The translations under genes were made by a program, and so were the position numbers. From a virus (Duplodnaviria > Heunggongvirae > Uroviricota > Caudoviricetes), in the IMG/VR virus record IMGVR_UViG_3300046533_000211, positions 1 through 33,219 of that record: DNA of 33,219 nt. One strand, written 5' to 3'. This document shows positions 15,469-22,876 of this stretch, one piece after another. The notes beneath the pieces were generated by a model. It was given only the letters and a program-made list of their open reading frames with translations, was not told where the DNA came from and ran no database searches. Positions within the stretch are counted from its first letter, which is position 1. Each line of letters opens with the position of its first letter.

Positions 15469-16277
15469 GCCGCCTTGCCCTTCACGCTGGCTTCGAGCTT
15501 GGCCAGCAGGTCTGACACGTCAGACGGGGCCACGTCATCGGCCTCGGTGATGTCCAGCTCCACACCTTCAGCCTTGGCCTCGATGAGGCTGGTGAGCCGG
15601 TTCGTGTAGGTGTCCACGTGGGCGTCCTTGTCGAACTTGCCCACCATGCTGGCCACCAGCTTCTCGGCCATGTCCAGTTCGGCGGCACTGTACTCAGCAC
15701 CCAGGCCGGGGACAGTGGCCTCACGGACCTCATCGGCCCAGCGCAGGGTGTGCAGGACCAGAACGCCCTCCACGACCCGGATGGCAGCGATGTGGGTCTT
15801 GGCCCTCATGGTGAACTCGGCAATCGCCACCAGCCCGCTGGACGCCATTGCGTTGGCAAGCAGGGCATACGCCTTGGAGGGCCGCACGGTTTTCTCGCTG
15901 CCGACCTTCCCACCACCCAGGTAGTAGCTGTCCTCGAACATGATGGGGTCGATCTCGGACTGGTCCACGAACTGCAGGATCTCGATCTGCTTCCCACGCT
16001 CGCCCTCCAGCTGGGCCAGATCATCCTCGGTGATGGTGACCAGGCTGCCGCCCACCTCAATGCCCTTGACGATGTCGCCGTAGGCCACATCCTCGCCGCA
16101 TTCCTTGCAGACGCGCTTGAGTGAGATGCCGCCCATGCAGGTCGGGCCGAGTGACCCTGGCCGAGCATGGTGCTGGTGGAAGCTGACATCGTGGTTATCG
16201 GTCGCCTTATAGAGGGCGACTGGGAACTGGACCAGCCCGAAGCCGAGCTGCCCCGTCCAGGTGCTGCGCATTGCCAT
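15465..16277 (-). CDS. ku: Ku DNA end-binding protein (NHEJ / Mu Gam-like)
   Basis: RSTWTGQLGFGLVQFPVALYKAT, CKECGEDVAYGDIVKG, EIDPIMFEDSYYL, LVLHTLRWADEVR. Confidence 0.95.
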   Translation of the reverse strand: MAMRSTWTGQLGFGLVQFPVALYKATDNHDVSFHQHHARPGSLGPTCMGGISLKRVCKECGEDVAYGDIVKGIEVGGSLVTITEDDLAQLEGERGKQIEILQFVDQSEIDPIMFEDSYYLGGGKVGSEKTVRPSKAYALLANAMASSGLVAIAEFTMRAKTHIAAIRVVEGVLVLHTLRWADEVREATVPGLGAEYSAAELDMAEKLVASMVGKFDKDAHVDTYTNRLTSLIEAKAEGVELDITEADDVAPSDVSDLLAKLEASVKGKAA

Positions 16278-16300
16278 GATGATTCCTTTCGATCGGGGCT

Positions 16301-16353
16301 GGCCTGGTGCCTGCCCTCCTGGTCATTAAAGCACAGCGGGCTAGCAATTGCCA
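16301..16353 (-). promoter_or_regulatory. Cassette 7 upstream of ku
   Basis: AATTGCTA 16342-16349, N11, TTTAAT 16325-16330, core 16301-16311. Confidence 0.85.
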
Positions 16354-16372
16354 GCCCACTGCGGGTGATTCG

Positions 16373-16822
16373 TCAGGCGCAATCGCCTGCGTGCTGGGTG
16401 AAGCAGCGCGAGCAGGTGGAGGGCCAGCGCGGCTCCTCTGCCTTGCCCTGACCGAGCGTGCGGAGCTGCCTGGTCCCTACGGGTGAGGTCACGGAGATCT
16501 CGCGGTTGATCTTGGCCAGCTCGGACAGGTGGGCCATGACCGCCCCACGCAGCCCCGGTGACATGTGCCCGGAAGCGAGCAGGTGCCGCAGCGCCAGCGC
16601 CACGTTGCGGGCATGATCTGGCCCGGTGGGCACCCGGCCCTGGAGCACATGCGCCCACTCGTTACGGCGCGCTCTCACGTTGCTCTCGGTGGTGTCTCCC
16701 AGCTCAGCGATCTCCGCATAGGTGAAGCCTGCATCGAGCGCCTGGAGGATCTCGGACAGCCGCAGGTTCGAGCAGTTACGTCCGAGCGTTTCCAGCTCAG
16801 CGGCCTGTGTGGGTGTGTACAT
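16373..16822 (-). CDS. HTH-containing protein with C-terminal CxxCFxxHxGxC motif (149 aa)
   Basis: GFTYAEIAELGDTTESNVRARR HTH; ends CSRCFTQHAGDCA. Confidence 0.7.
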   Translation of the reverse strand: MYTPTQAAELETLGRNCSNLRLSEILQALDAGFTYAEIAELGDTTESNVRARRNEWAHVLQGRVPTGPDHARNVALALRHLLASGHMSPGLRGAVMAHLSELAKINREISVTSPVGTRQLRTLGQGKAEEPRWPSTCSRCFTQHAGDCA

Positions 16823-16849
16823 GCGTGACGACTCCAATCGTTGTGGTCT

Positions 16850-16899
16850 GGCCTGGTGCCAGTTCCTGTGAATCAGGATAGCACACCCCACTAGCAATT
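16850..16899 (-). promoter_or_regulatory. Cassette 8
   Basis: AATTGCTA 16892-16899, N11, TATCCT 16875-16880, core 16850-16860. Confidence 0.85.
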
Positions 16900-16902
16900 A
16901 AA

Positions 16903-16932
16903 GAGGCCCCCCGGAGTTAACCGGGGGGCCTC
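16903..16932 (-). terminator. Intrinsic terminator
   Basis: GAGGCCCCCCGG/CCGGGGGGCCTC 12-bp stem followed by TTTAATT on the minus strand. Confidence 0.85.
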
Positions 16933-16948
16933 AGTGGGGCTGCTCCTC

Positions 16949-17113
16949 TCACATGTAATAGGCATTGTTCTCTGGGTCAGTGCCTGCGCCCTGGACCTCC
17001 ACATAGGCAGCGGGGAGGAAGTCATTCCAGCCAGCTGCTGCGTCGCGCTCGGCGAGGGCTTGGGCGCGAGCGGCCTTGGCCTCGGGGCTGAAGCTCGGGA
17101 TCTTGCGTGACAT
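16949..17113 (-). CDS. Hypothetical protein (54 aa, MSRKIPSFSPE...), apparently monocistronic
   Basis: Manually translated; AGGAG SD; lies between cassette 9 and a terminator. Confidence 0.65.
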   Translation of the reverse strand: MSRKIPSFSPEAKAARAQALAERDAAAGWNDFLPAAYVEVQGAGTDPENNAYYM

Positions 17114-17137
17114 GTCTGCTCCTGGGGGTTCTGGGCT

Positions 17138-17186
17138 GGCCCTGTGCCTGCCCGATACCTAATTAAAACACAGTCGGGTAGGCATT
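17138..17186 (-). promoter_or_regulatory. Cassette 9 (variant AATGCCTA-N11-TTTAAT; GGCACAGGGCC)
   Basis: Same geometry as the other copies. Confidence 0.75.
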
Positions 17187-17193
17187 GCAAGGC

Positions 17194-17340
17194 TCACGTA
17201 GCGGCTTCTGCTGCTGCTGCGTGCATGCAGCGGAAGCACAGGTCGAAGCCTCGGTACGAGGCCAGTGGCCAGCGCTCGTCGCACTGCGGGCAGTGCTTCC
17301 ACGGGAACGGCCCAAGGTGGCCCAGCCTGGTGTCAGGCAT
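17194..17340 (-). CDS. Zinc-finger-like protein (48 aa; CPQC...CFRC)
   Basis: CxxC pairs; short overlap with upstream gene. Confidence 0.5.
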   Translation of the reverse strand: MPDTRLGHLGPFPWKHCPQCDERWPLASYRGFDLCFRCMHAAAAEAAT

Positions 17341-17545
17341 CAGGCGTCCCCAGGTCAAACTCCTCCTCATACATCGGATAGAACTGGCTGAACGGCTCAG
17401 GCTGGCCCTCACTCACACCCACCAGGAACATGGCCAGCAGGCCGGTCAGGTAACCGGCATGGACAGGACTGGGGGCAGCTGCAATGGCCGCGTCGAACTT
17501 GCGGATCTGCTTCTCGACGTTCATGTCGGGCTGAATATTCTTCAC
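17333..17545 (-). CDS. Hypothetical protein (70 aa)
   Basis: GTG after GAAAGGG; first gene after cassette 10. Confidence 0.6.
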   Translation of the reverse strand: MKNIQPDMNVEKQIRKFDAAIAAAPSPVHAGYLTGLLAMFLVGVSEGQPEPFSQFYPMYEEEFDLGTPDA

Positions 17546-17568
17546 ATCAGCACCCTTTCGTTGGGCCT

Positions 17569-17616
17569 GGCCTGGTGCCAGACTGTCACCCATTAAAGCA
17601 CACCCCGCTAGCAATT
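17569..17616 (-). promoter_or_regulatory. Cassette 10
   Basis: AATTGCTA 17609-17616, N11, TTTAAT 17592-17597, core 17569-17579. Confidence 0.85.
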
Positions 17617-17618
17617 GA

Positions 17619-18086
17619 CTAGTCGGGCCAGACGCCCAGCCGCCAGGTGTCGTCGTCACCGAAGGTGTGGACGGGGTGGATCGTCACATCGGTCAGCTTC
17701 CAGACCGCACTCCAGCTCTCGACGCCCCAGTGCTCGTAGCGCATGGTCAGCCCCGGCATCGCCAGCTCGATGACCTCGTAGGGGTCGTTGGTCGGCCATT
17801 CCCTGTGGGCCTGATCCGGGGACATGTTCATCGTCCACTGGCCCACGTCGAGGTCCAGCAGGATGGCCTGGGCGCGTATCTCACTCGGCCTGACGCACTC
17901 GCCGTATCGGATGCGCTGGGTCAGCTCGGTCCCAGCAGCACCCGGCCACATGATCTGGGAACCCCAGACGACCAACGGGTGCAGGTGGCGGTCGAGGAAC
18001 CAGAGCCGAGGTCGGCGCGGTGGCGATCCCTGGAATGTATAGCCGACGAACTGCTCGTTGCTCAGCCCTGCTGGCAGCTCGGACAT
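17619..18086 (-). CDS. Hypothetical protein ending VWKLT...GVWPD (155 aa)
   Basis: GGGAGG SD; C-terminus similar to 14621-14917. Confidence 0.65.
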   Translation of the reverse strand: MSELPAGLSNEQFVGYTFQGSPPRRPRLWFLDRHLHPLVVWGSQIMWPGAAGTELTQRIRYGECVRPSEIRAQAILLDLDVGQWTMNMSPDQAHREWPTNDPYEVIELAMPGLTMRYEHWGVESWSAVWKLTDVTIHPVHTFGDDDTWRLGVWPD

Positions 18087-18313
18087 ACCGGCCTCCCGTG
18101 GTCCACGATCTTCCATTGGCGTGCTTCCAGCTCCAGGACAAGCATCGCCTGGGCGTCCTGGGAGGACTCGATCACCAGATCGGACACCAGGGCCATCGGC
18201 AGCATCCCCTTGCACACCGAGCAGATGATCGCGCAGGCCCTGGTGTTGGGTTCCGTGATATTCCACCGGAAGCAGAAGGCCTGCATCGCCGAAGGGCAGT
18301 CCGCGAACATCAT
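18062..18313 (-). CDS. Zinc-binding protein (83 aa; CSVC...W...GRPVCPSC)
   Basis: Two CxxC motifs. Confidence 0.55.
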   Translation of the reverse strand: MMFADCPSAMQAFCFRWNITEPNTRACAIICSVCKGMLPMALVSDLVIESSQDAQAMLVLELEARQWKIVDHGRPVCPSCQQG

Positions 18314-18315
18314 GA

Positions 18316-18507
18316 TCACCGGACGGTCCTCCAGACCCAGGACCAGCACCGCATCCCGTGGCGGGCACGGATACCGATGGGCCTGTTGTCGACGTACCTG
18401 CGGTTGAACCGGAGGGAAGTCTCCGGGGCATCGTCCTTGCTGGCGGCGTAGCTCATGAACCGCATGCGCCGGATGACTGGCAGGCGACGGCGCAGCTGCT
18501 CCTTCAC
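18316..18507 (-). CDS. Basic hypothetical protein (63 aa)
   Basis: GTGA overlap. Confidence 0.45.
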   Translation of the reverse strand: MKEQLRRRLPVIRRMRFMSYAASKDDAPETSLRFNRRYVDNRPIGIRARHGMRCWSWVWRTVR

Positions 18508-18698
18508 AGCAGCACCAGGCAGCCCGGATGGACAGCCAGCCTGGTGTCGGCATCCACGTCGTCACGCTGCCGAACTTCCAGCCAGAACTCCCCGGCCTTG
18601 ATGGGCTGGTGGCAGCCGACGCAGAGCAGCCACCCGTACATCCCTCGCGCTGGCGCTGGTGGCGCAACATGCTCGTCGAGCGGTTGGTTCATGGTCAC
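18504..18698 (-). CDS. LIM/PARP-like zinc-finger protein (64 aa)
   Basis: CVGCHQPIKAGE...VHPGC; GAGGAGG SD. Confidence 0.6.
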   Translation of the reverse strand: MTMNQPLDEHVAPPAPARGMYGWLLCVGCHQPIKAGEFWLEVRQRDDVDADTRLAVHPGCLVLL

Positions 18699-18874
18699 CG
18701 TTCCTCCTCGAACGCCTTGACTATTTGCGTGCCAACATGATTGGGCCATGGCGATTCCAGCGGCCAGTGCTTGCAGTCCGGGTTCGTACACGACCCGTTG
18801 CCGTCCGACTCATGCTTGGCGATGACATCGATCATCTTCTGGATGTCGGCCCCCGAGCTGAACCTCATAGGCAT
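18695..18874 (-). CDS. Hypothetical protein (59 aa, MPMRFSSGAD...)
   Basis: Manually translated; GTGA overlap downstream; H...CTNPDC...H. Confidence 0.5.
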   Translation of the reverse strand: MPMRFSSGADIQKMIDVIAKHESDGNGSCTNPDCKHWPLESPWPNHVGTQIVKAFEEER

Positions 18875-19032
18875 CGCCTGGGCAGCACGGCGCTGACCTC
18901 ACACCCGGGGTAGTGCTCATGGTGGGTCATCAGGGCATCGATGGAGTCGGCAGCCACCACCAGCCGGGTATGGTGTCGGGTGCCGTCACGGGACATCACC
19001 GTGTAGTGGTCGTGTTCCTCGAACTGGTTCAT
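18865..19032 (-). CDS. His-rich hypothetical protein (55 aa, MNQFEEHDHY...)
   Basis: Manually translated; ATGA overlap. Confidence 0.5.
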   Translation of the reverse strand: MNQFEEHDHYTVMSRDGTRHHTRLVVAADSIDALMTHHEHYPGCEVSAVLPRRCL

Positions 19033-19211
19033 CGGTCATCCTCAGGGATCTTGCGCTTGCCCACTGCCTTGCGGGCAGCGATGTGCCGGTCGTGGCGGGC
19101 CAACTGGGCCGGGAGGTCATCCAGCGCCTTGCGCGCTGCGCGCACCTTGGGGTCCTTCCGCTCCAGCTCATCCAGTTCCCGCTCCAGCCCCAACCAGGGC
19201 ACGTTGCTCAT
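19029..19211 (-). CDS. Hypothetical protein (60 aa)
   Basis: TGATG coupling. Confidence 0.6.
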   Translation of the reverse strand: MSNVPWLGLERELDELERKDPKVRAARKALDDLPAQLARHDRHIAARKAVGKRKIPEDDR

Positions 19212-19636
19212 CAGATGCTCCCGAATCGTCCGAAGTCAGGCAGCACAGGCTTACCGTCAGCTCTGCCCCAGAGGTGCAACACGTTCTCCCTCAGGTTGAT
19301 GTGCTCAGCAGTCGGAACGAACACCTGGTACGCATGCCCCTCCTCGAACACCGCGCGGTGTAACAGCTTCAGATCCGCATAGGTCGGCATCGTGCCCATC
19401 GCTCCACTGATGCTGGCGTGTATCCAGTCACAGCCGAAGTCACCATCGAGGTCCAGGTCGGCGGGCCACCATGACGCCACCACACGACGGCCATCGCGGG
19501 CATCGAACATCCAGGCCTCACCGAAGGGCATCGGTGGACTCCACACCTTGCGATCCAGCCGTGCCCGGATCTTCAGCGCATCGAGCCTGGCACGGCATGC
19601 CTCGATCTCACCTGGGGCCGGTTCCCTCATCCTCAT
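19211..19636 (-). CDS. DUF7694-like phage protein (141 aa)
   Basis: WIHASIS...PTYADLK...HINLRENVLHLW matches the recalled W.HvSvS...PtW...vN.H...LHLW pattern. Confidence 0.6.
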   Translation of the reverse strand: MRMREPAPGEIEACRARLDALKIRARLDRKVWSPPMPFGEAWMFDARDGRRVVASWWPADLDLDGDFGCDWIHASISGAMGTMPTYADLKLLHRAVFEEGHAYQVFVPTAEHINLRENVLHLWGRADGKPVLPDFGRFGSI

Positions 19637-20016
19637 CGTTCGTTCGCCATCCTCACCTGGTCGGCCACGTACTCGCGGCAGTGGGCCAGGCCCTCCTCGT
19701 CAGGCAGGTCAGGCGACTCGATCCCCAGCCGCTCATTCGCCCACTCGAACCAGCCATCGGCCAATGCGGGCATCGGGACGTTGCGCCAGCTGACCGGACC
19801 AATGATGTTGGTCGCAGCCTGGATACGCTCGCCCAGCCCCGCGCACCGCCCGCTCCAGGTGCCACCCTCGTCCCAGCGCTTGTTCGGGACACCCAGCCAG
19901 GTGCCGTCGAGATAGCTCCGGTACGCGTCGATCAGCTGGCCCCACAGGTAGATCAGCTCGTCACTCACGAAGGTGGAGATCTCCTCCATTAGAGCGGGAA
20001 GTTCCCGGTCGGCCAT
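19633..20016 (-). CDS. Hypothetical protein (127 aa)
   Basis: Coupled at both ends. Confidence 0.65.
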   Translation of the reverse strand: MADRELPALMEEISTFVSDELIYLWGQLIDAYRSYLDGTWLGVPNKRWDEGGTWSGRCAGLGERIQAATNIIGPVSWRNVPMPALADGWFEWANERLGIESPDLPDEEGLAHCREYVADQVRMANER

Positions 20017-20189
20017 CACACGGCTCCCTTCGGGGCGGGTCGCAGGTTGAAGATGTTGAACTCGGGCTTGGTGGCTAGCTCGACGTGGTCGGCACAGACC
20101 GCATAGCCTCGGATCACGGTGAGGTGCGGCACCCGCTTGCCGGTCAGGATGAAGCAGACGCAGCACGCGCAGAAGTTCTGGCGGCTCAT
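20016..20189 (-). CDS. Cys-rich protein (57 aa)
   Basis: CACCVC...CADH; GAGGAGG SD. Confidence 0.55.
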   Translation of the reverse strand: MSRQNFCACCVCFILTGKRVPHLTVIRGYAVCADHVELATKPEFNIFNLRPAPKGAV

Positions 20190-20890
20190 GGCCCCTCCTC
20201 GTCCAGGTCCAGCACCCGAGGGTCGGCGTAGACCTTGGGCTTGCGCTCCCACACGGTGATGTCATCGTGCAGGCCCCACCACTGGATCGGGGTGTGCGAC
20301 GCGACCTCGGTCCATTCCTCAGTCAGCAGCTCATGGAAGTCCTTGTCGCCCGTGCAGCCGCCCTCGCCCTCACCGATGTAGATCACCCGGTCGCCCTTGA
20401 ACTCACGCAGGGTGCGCCACGCTGACGGCTCGGAGTACGGGGGCCAGGACAGGAACAGCACCCGGTCGGGGTACTTGTCCACGGTCACCTCTGCGTAGCC
20501 CTGGTTGACCGGCACCCAGAGCGCGCAGTCCTTGTGCCAGACGTTGGCCCCTGGTGCAGCGTCATAGCTCGCCACATCGACGCCCAGCTGCTTCAGCACG
20601 TAGCCCCAGTAACCACTGCCCGCCATCGGATCCAGCAGTGACATCCGCGAGTAGGCCGCGACGAACTGCACCGAGCCAGGGTCCGTGACCGACCAGGCAT
20701 AGCGGCACACGTATTCGTGCCGGTCGAGGTAGTCCTCCTTGAACCCCGACTCGGTCAGGTTCGGTCCGAGCCGGTACCGCGCGATGCACGGCCCCTCCCA
20801 GGGGAACTCGCCCCGACTCACCTTCGTCCGCACATCGTCCCAGTACGGGTTATGGATGGGGATGGGAAACGAACGCAGCAGCTCAGTCAC
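20186..20890 (-). CDS. Class I SAM-dependent methyltransferase-like protein (234 aa)
   Basis: Motif I LLDPMAGSGYW, acidic VASYD, motif IV-like LFLSWPPY, IYIGEGEGGCTGD. Confidence 0.8.
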   Translation of the reverse strand: MTELLRSFPIPIHNPYWDDVRTKVSRGEFPWEGPCIARYRLGPNLTESGFKEDYLDRHEYVCRYAWSVTDPGSVQFVAAYSRMSLLDPMAGSGYWGYVLKQLGVDVASYDAAPGANVWHKDCALWVPVNQGYAEVTVDKYPDRVLFLSWPPYSEPSAWRTLREFKGDRVIYIGEGEGGCTGDKDFHELLTEEWTEVASHTPIQWWGLHDDITVWERKPKVYADPRVLDLDEEGP

Positions 20891-21119
20891 CGCGCTCCTT
20901 CTCTGCAGCAAGCACGGCCCCGATGAGGGCATCGCCCTGCTGGACAACGAGCATCAACTCACGCTCCATGTGACGGAACCGGGTGCCTGGCATGGCCAGG
21001 TTGAGCCGGTCAGCATGACGGGCCAGCACCCCGAAGTCGGCGGCGAGGTCCTCCAGGGTGGCCCTGATCCCCGCCAGGTTCTCGCGTGCGCTCTCGCCAG
21101 TCTCAGTGCAGGCACTCAT
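20883..21119 (-). CDS. Hypothetical protein (78 aa)
   Basis: ATGA coupling. Confidence 0.6.
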   Translation of the reverse strand: MSACTETGESARENLAGIRATLEDLAADFGVLARHADRLNLAMPGTRFRHMERELMLVVQQGDALIGAVLAAEKERGD

Positions 21120-21253
21120 CGCTTCGGCATCCTGCGGCTGGCGACAACGACCTTGACCACGACCAGGGCCATGCACCACAGCATCACGAACACAGCTACC
21201 AGAGCGGCCAGCCAGAGCACGACCTGCGTCATCGTGTTGGAGATCATCATCAT
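21116..21253 (-). CDS. Small single-pass membrane protein (45 aa)
   Basis: VVLWLAALVAVFVMLWCMALVVV plus basic tail; ATGA overlaps. Confidence 0.55.
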   Translation of the reverse strand: MMMISNTMTQVVLWLAALVAVFVMLWCMALVVVKVVVASRRMPKR

Positions 21254-21933
21254 CGGGGTGGGAACGGCAGGACACTGACACCGGTCATCACGCCAGCCTT
21301 GGGCGTGGGCGTCCTGGAGAAGGTGCGGGCCACCTTGACGAACTGCTCGATCAGGTTCCCCGAGATCCCCTCCTTCCAGCCCTCCTGCACAATCTCGCGC
21401 AGCTCCAGGGGCATCTCGCGGGCGATCTCCAGGCCCAGCTGGATCGCATTCCCGAAGCGTCCCCGCATGGCCTCGGGCTGGGGCCACTCCGTCCACTCGC
21501 CCAGCGTCGGGGGCTTGTCGGGGTAGCGGGCCAGTGGGGCACTGACCATCACGGCACGCTCCCCATCGGCACACATCAGCACGATGTTCTCGGTGCGGTC
21601 GGGCTGCTCCCGCACGGGTGTCTGCATGGTGGCGGTCTTGAGATCGACACCACGTGCCTCTGCTTCCTCGAACGGAATGTCCACCATCCAGGCAGTGGTG
21701 ACTATCACGACCTCGCTGGCGAGTGAGACAGCCAGCGTGGCGGTCATCCACAGCGAGCCTTCGTCCTTGGTGTCGTCGTCGTCCATCACCTGGCCGAGTG
21801 GCATCACCCCCAGGCCCCGTGGCCCTGTGAACAGCATCAGAGGCATGATGTCGGCGTCCGGGGCTTCCAGCTCCTCGCAGCACTCGCGCGACTTGGACTT
21901 GGCGTGCTCGATCAACTCGATCAACTCGCTCAC
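21250..21933 (-). CDS. Hypothetical protein (227 aa)
   Basis: GGGAGGA SD; first gene after cassette 11. Confidence 0.75.
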   Translation of the reverse strand: MSELIELIEHAKSKSRECCEELEAPDADIMPLMLFTGPRGLGVMPLGQVMDDDDTKDEGSLWMTATLAVSLASEVVIVTTAWMVDIPFEEAEARGVDLKTATMQTPVREQPDRTENIVLMCADGERAVMVSAPLARYPDKPPTLGEWTEWPQPEAMRGRFGNAIQLGLEIAREMPLELREIVQEGWKEGISGNLIEQFVKVARTFSRTPTPKAGVMTGVSVLPFPPR

Positions 21934-21958
21934 GTGATATTCCTCCCGTTGTCCGACC

Positions 21959-22007
21959 GGCCCGATGCCAGGTCTGGAGTCTAACTATAGCTAGCGCGGT
22001 AGCATCT
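21959..22007 (-). promoter_or_regulatory. Cassette 11 (variant AGATGCTA-N10-TATAGT; GGCATCGGGCC)
   Basis: -10 21984-21989, core 21959-21969. Confidence 0.7.
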
Positions 22008-22023
22008 GACCACCGCTCCAGTC

Positions 22024-22239
22024 TCACACTGGTTCGTGCGGTTTGAAACCGAAATACAGTCGTGGCTGGTGGGTGAACTCCAGCGTGCCCACCACGCCAT
22101 CGGACTTGCGCCTGACGGCCACGTAGGGCGCACCGAAGCCCATCACCTCGAAGTCCTTCTGGAGCTGCTCGGTGTCCCAGGTCTGGCCCTCGGGCTGGTT
22201 GCCCGTGCCGTAGTCCTTGATGTGGATGTCGTCGCTCAT
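22024..22239 (-). CDS. Conserved phage hypothetical protein (71 aa)
   Basis: WDTEQLQKDFEVMGFGAPYVAVRRKSDGVVGTLEFTHQPRLYF; ATGA coupling. Confidence 0.7.
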   Translation of the reverse strand: MSDDIHIKDYGTGNQPEGQTWDTEQLQKDFEVMGFGAPYVAVRRKSDGVVGTLEFTHQPRLYFGFKPHEPV

Positions 22240-22667
22240 GCCATCACCTTCCGACGCACCGGGCTGGTGCCCAGCTCTTGATGCAACGTCAGGGCCTTGG
22301 CCTCGGCCCGTTCCTTGTCAGTGTGCGTGCCGCCGTAGCGCCTCTTGTCACGGGTGCAGATGACGACCTGCCAGCGCGAGCGCCAGCGGTTCCAGGTCAC
22401 ACCCTTCACGTCGCTGACCTTCCCGCGCCCCGGCACTGGGCGCACCTTCTCGGCCTCTGGCGGCGGCAGCGGATGGCCCTCCAGCAGGGCCTTGCGCTCG
22501 TCCTCGGTCTTGCCACCCCAGATCCCGAACTCGATCCCGTGCTCCAGCGCATGATCACCGCAGGCCTGCTGGATCGGACATCGCCCACAGATCGCCTTGG
22601 CCTTCTCGATGGCATCCTTGGTGCCGATGAACCACAGCTCGGGGTCCTCCCCGAAGCAGGCGGTCAT
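22236..22667 (-). CDS. whiB: WhiB-family Fe-S transcription factor fused to an AP2-like DNA-binding domain (143 aa)
   Basis: C-x22-C-x2-C-x5-C plus GIWGGKTEDER; C-terminal SDVKGVTWNRWRSRWQVVI...YGGTHTDKERA fits AP2. Confidence 0.85.
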   Translation of the reverse strand: MTACFGEDPELWFIGTKDAIEKAKAICGRCPIQQACGDHALEHGIEFGIWGGKTEDERKALLEGHPLPPPEAEKVRPVPGRGKVSDVKGVTWNRWRSRWQVVICTRDKRRYGGTHTDKERAEAKALTLHQELGTSPVRRKVMA

Positions 22668-22876
22668 GGTGCCATCACCTGCAACGGGTTGGTCCCCGGC
22701 ACGTACTCGCCTGGGACGAGCTGGTGGCTGGGCTGGCTGTTGCCTGCCATGGCACACAGCCACACGTCGATCACGGTCGTGGGCTTGGCATTGCAGTCGG
22801 GGCCTGTCTGGGCCTGGGCCGGGGCTGCCAGACCCAGCGCAAGGGCCGCCATTCCGGCAAGGATCAGCCGCTTCAT
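22664..22876 (-). CDS. Small secreted protein (70 aa)
   Basis: Signal peptide MKRLILAGMAALALGLAAPAQA; two Cys. Confidence 0.7.
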   Translation of the reverse strand: MKRLILAGMAALALGLAAPAQAQTGPDCNAKPTTVIDVWLCAMAGNSQPSHQLVPGEYVPGTNPLQVMAP

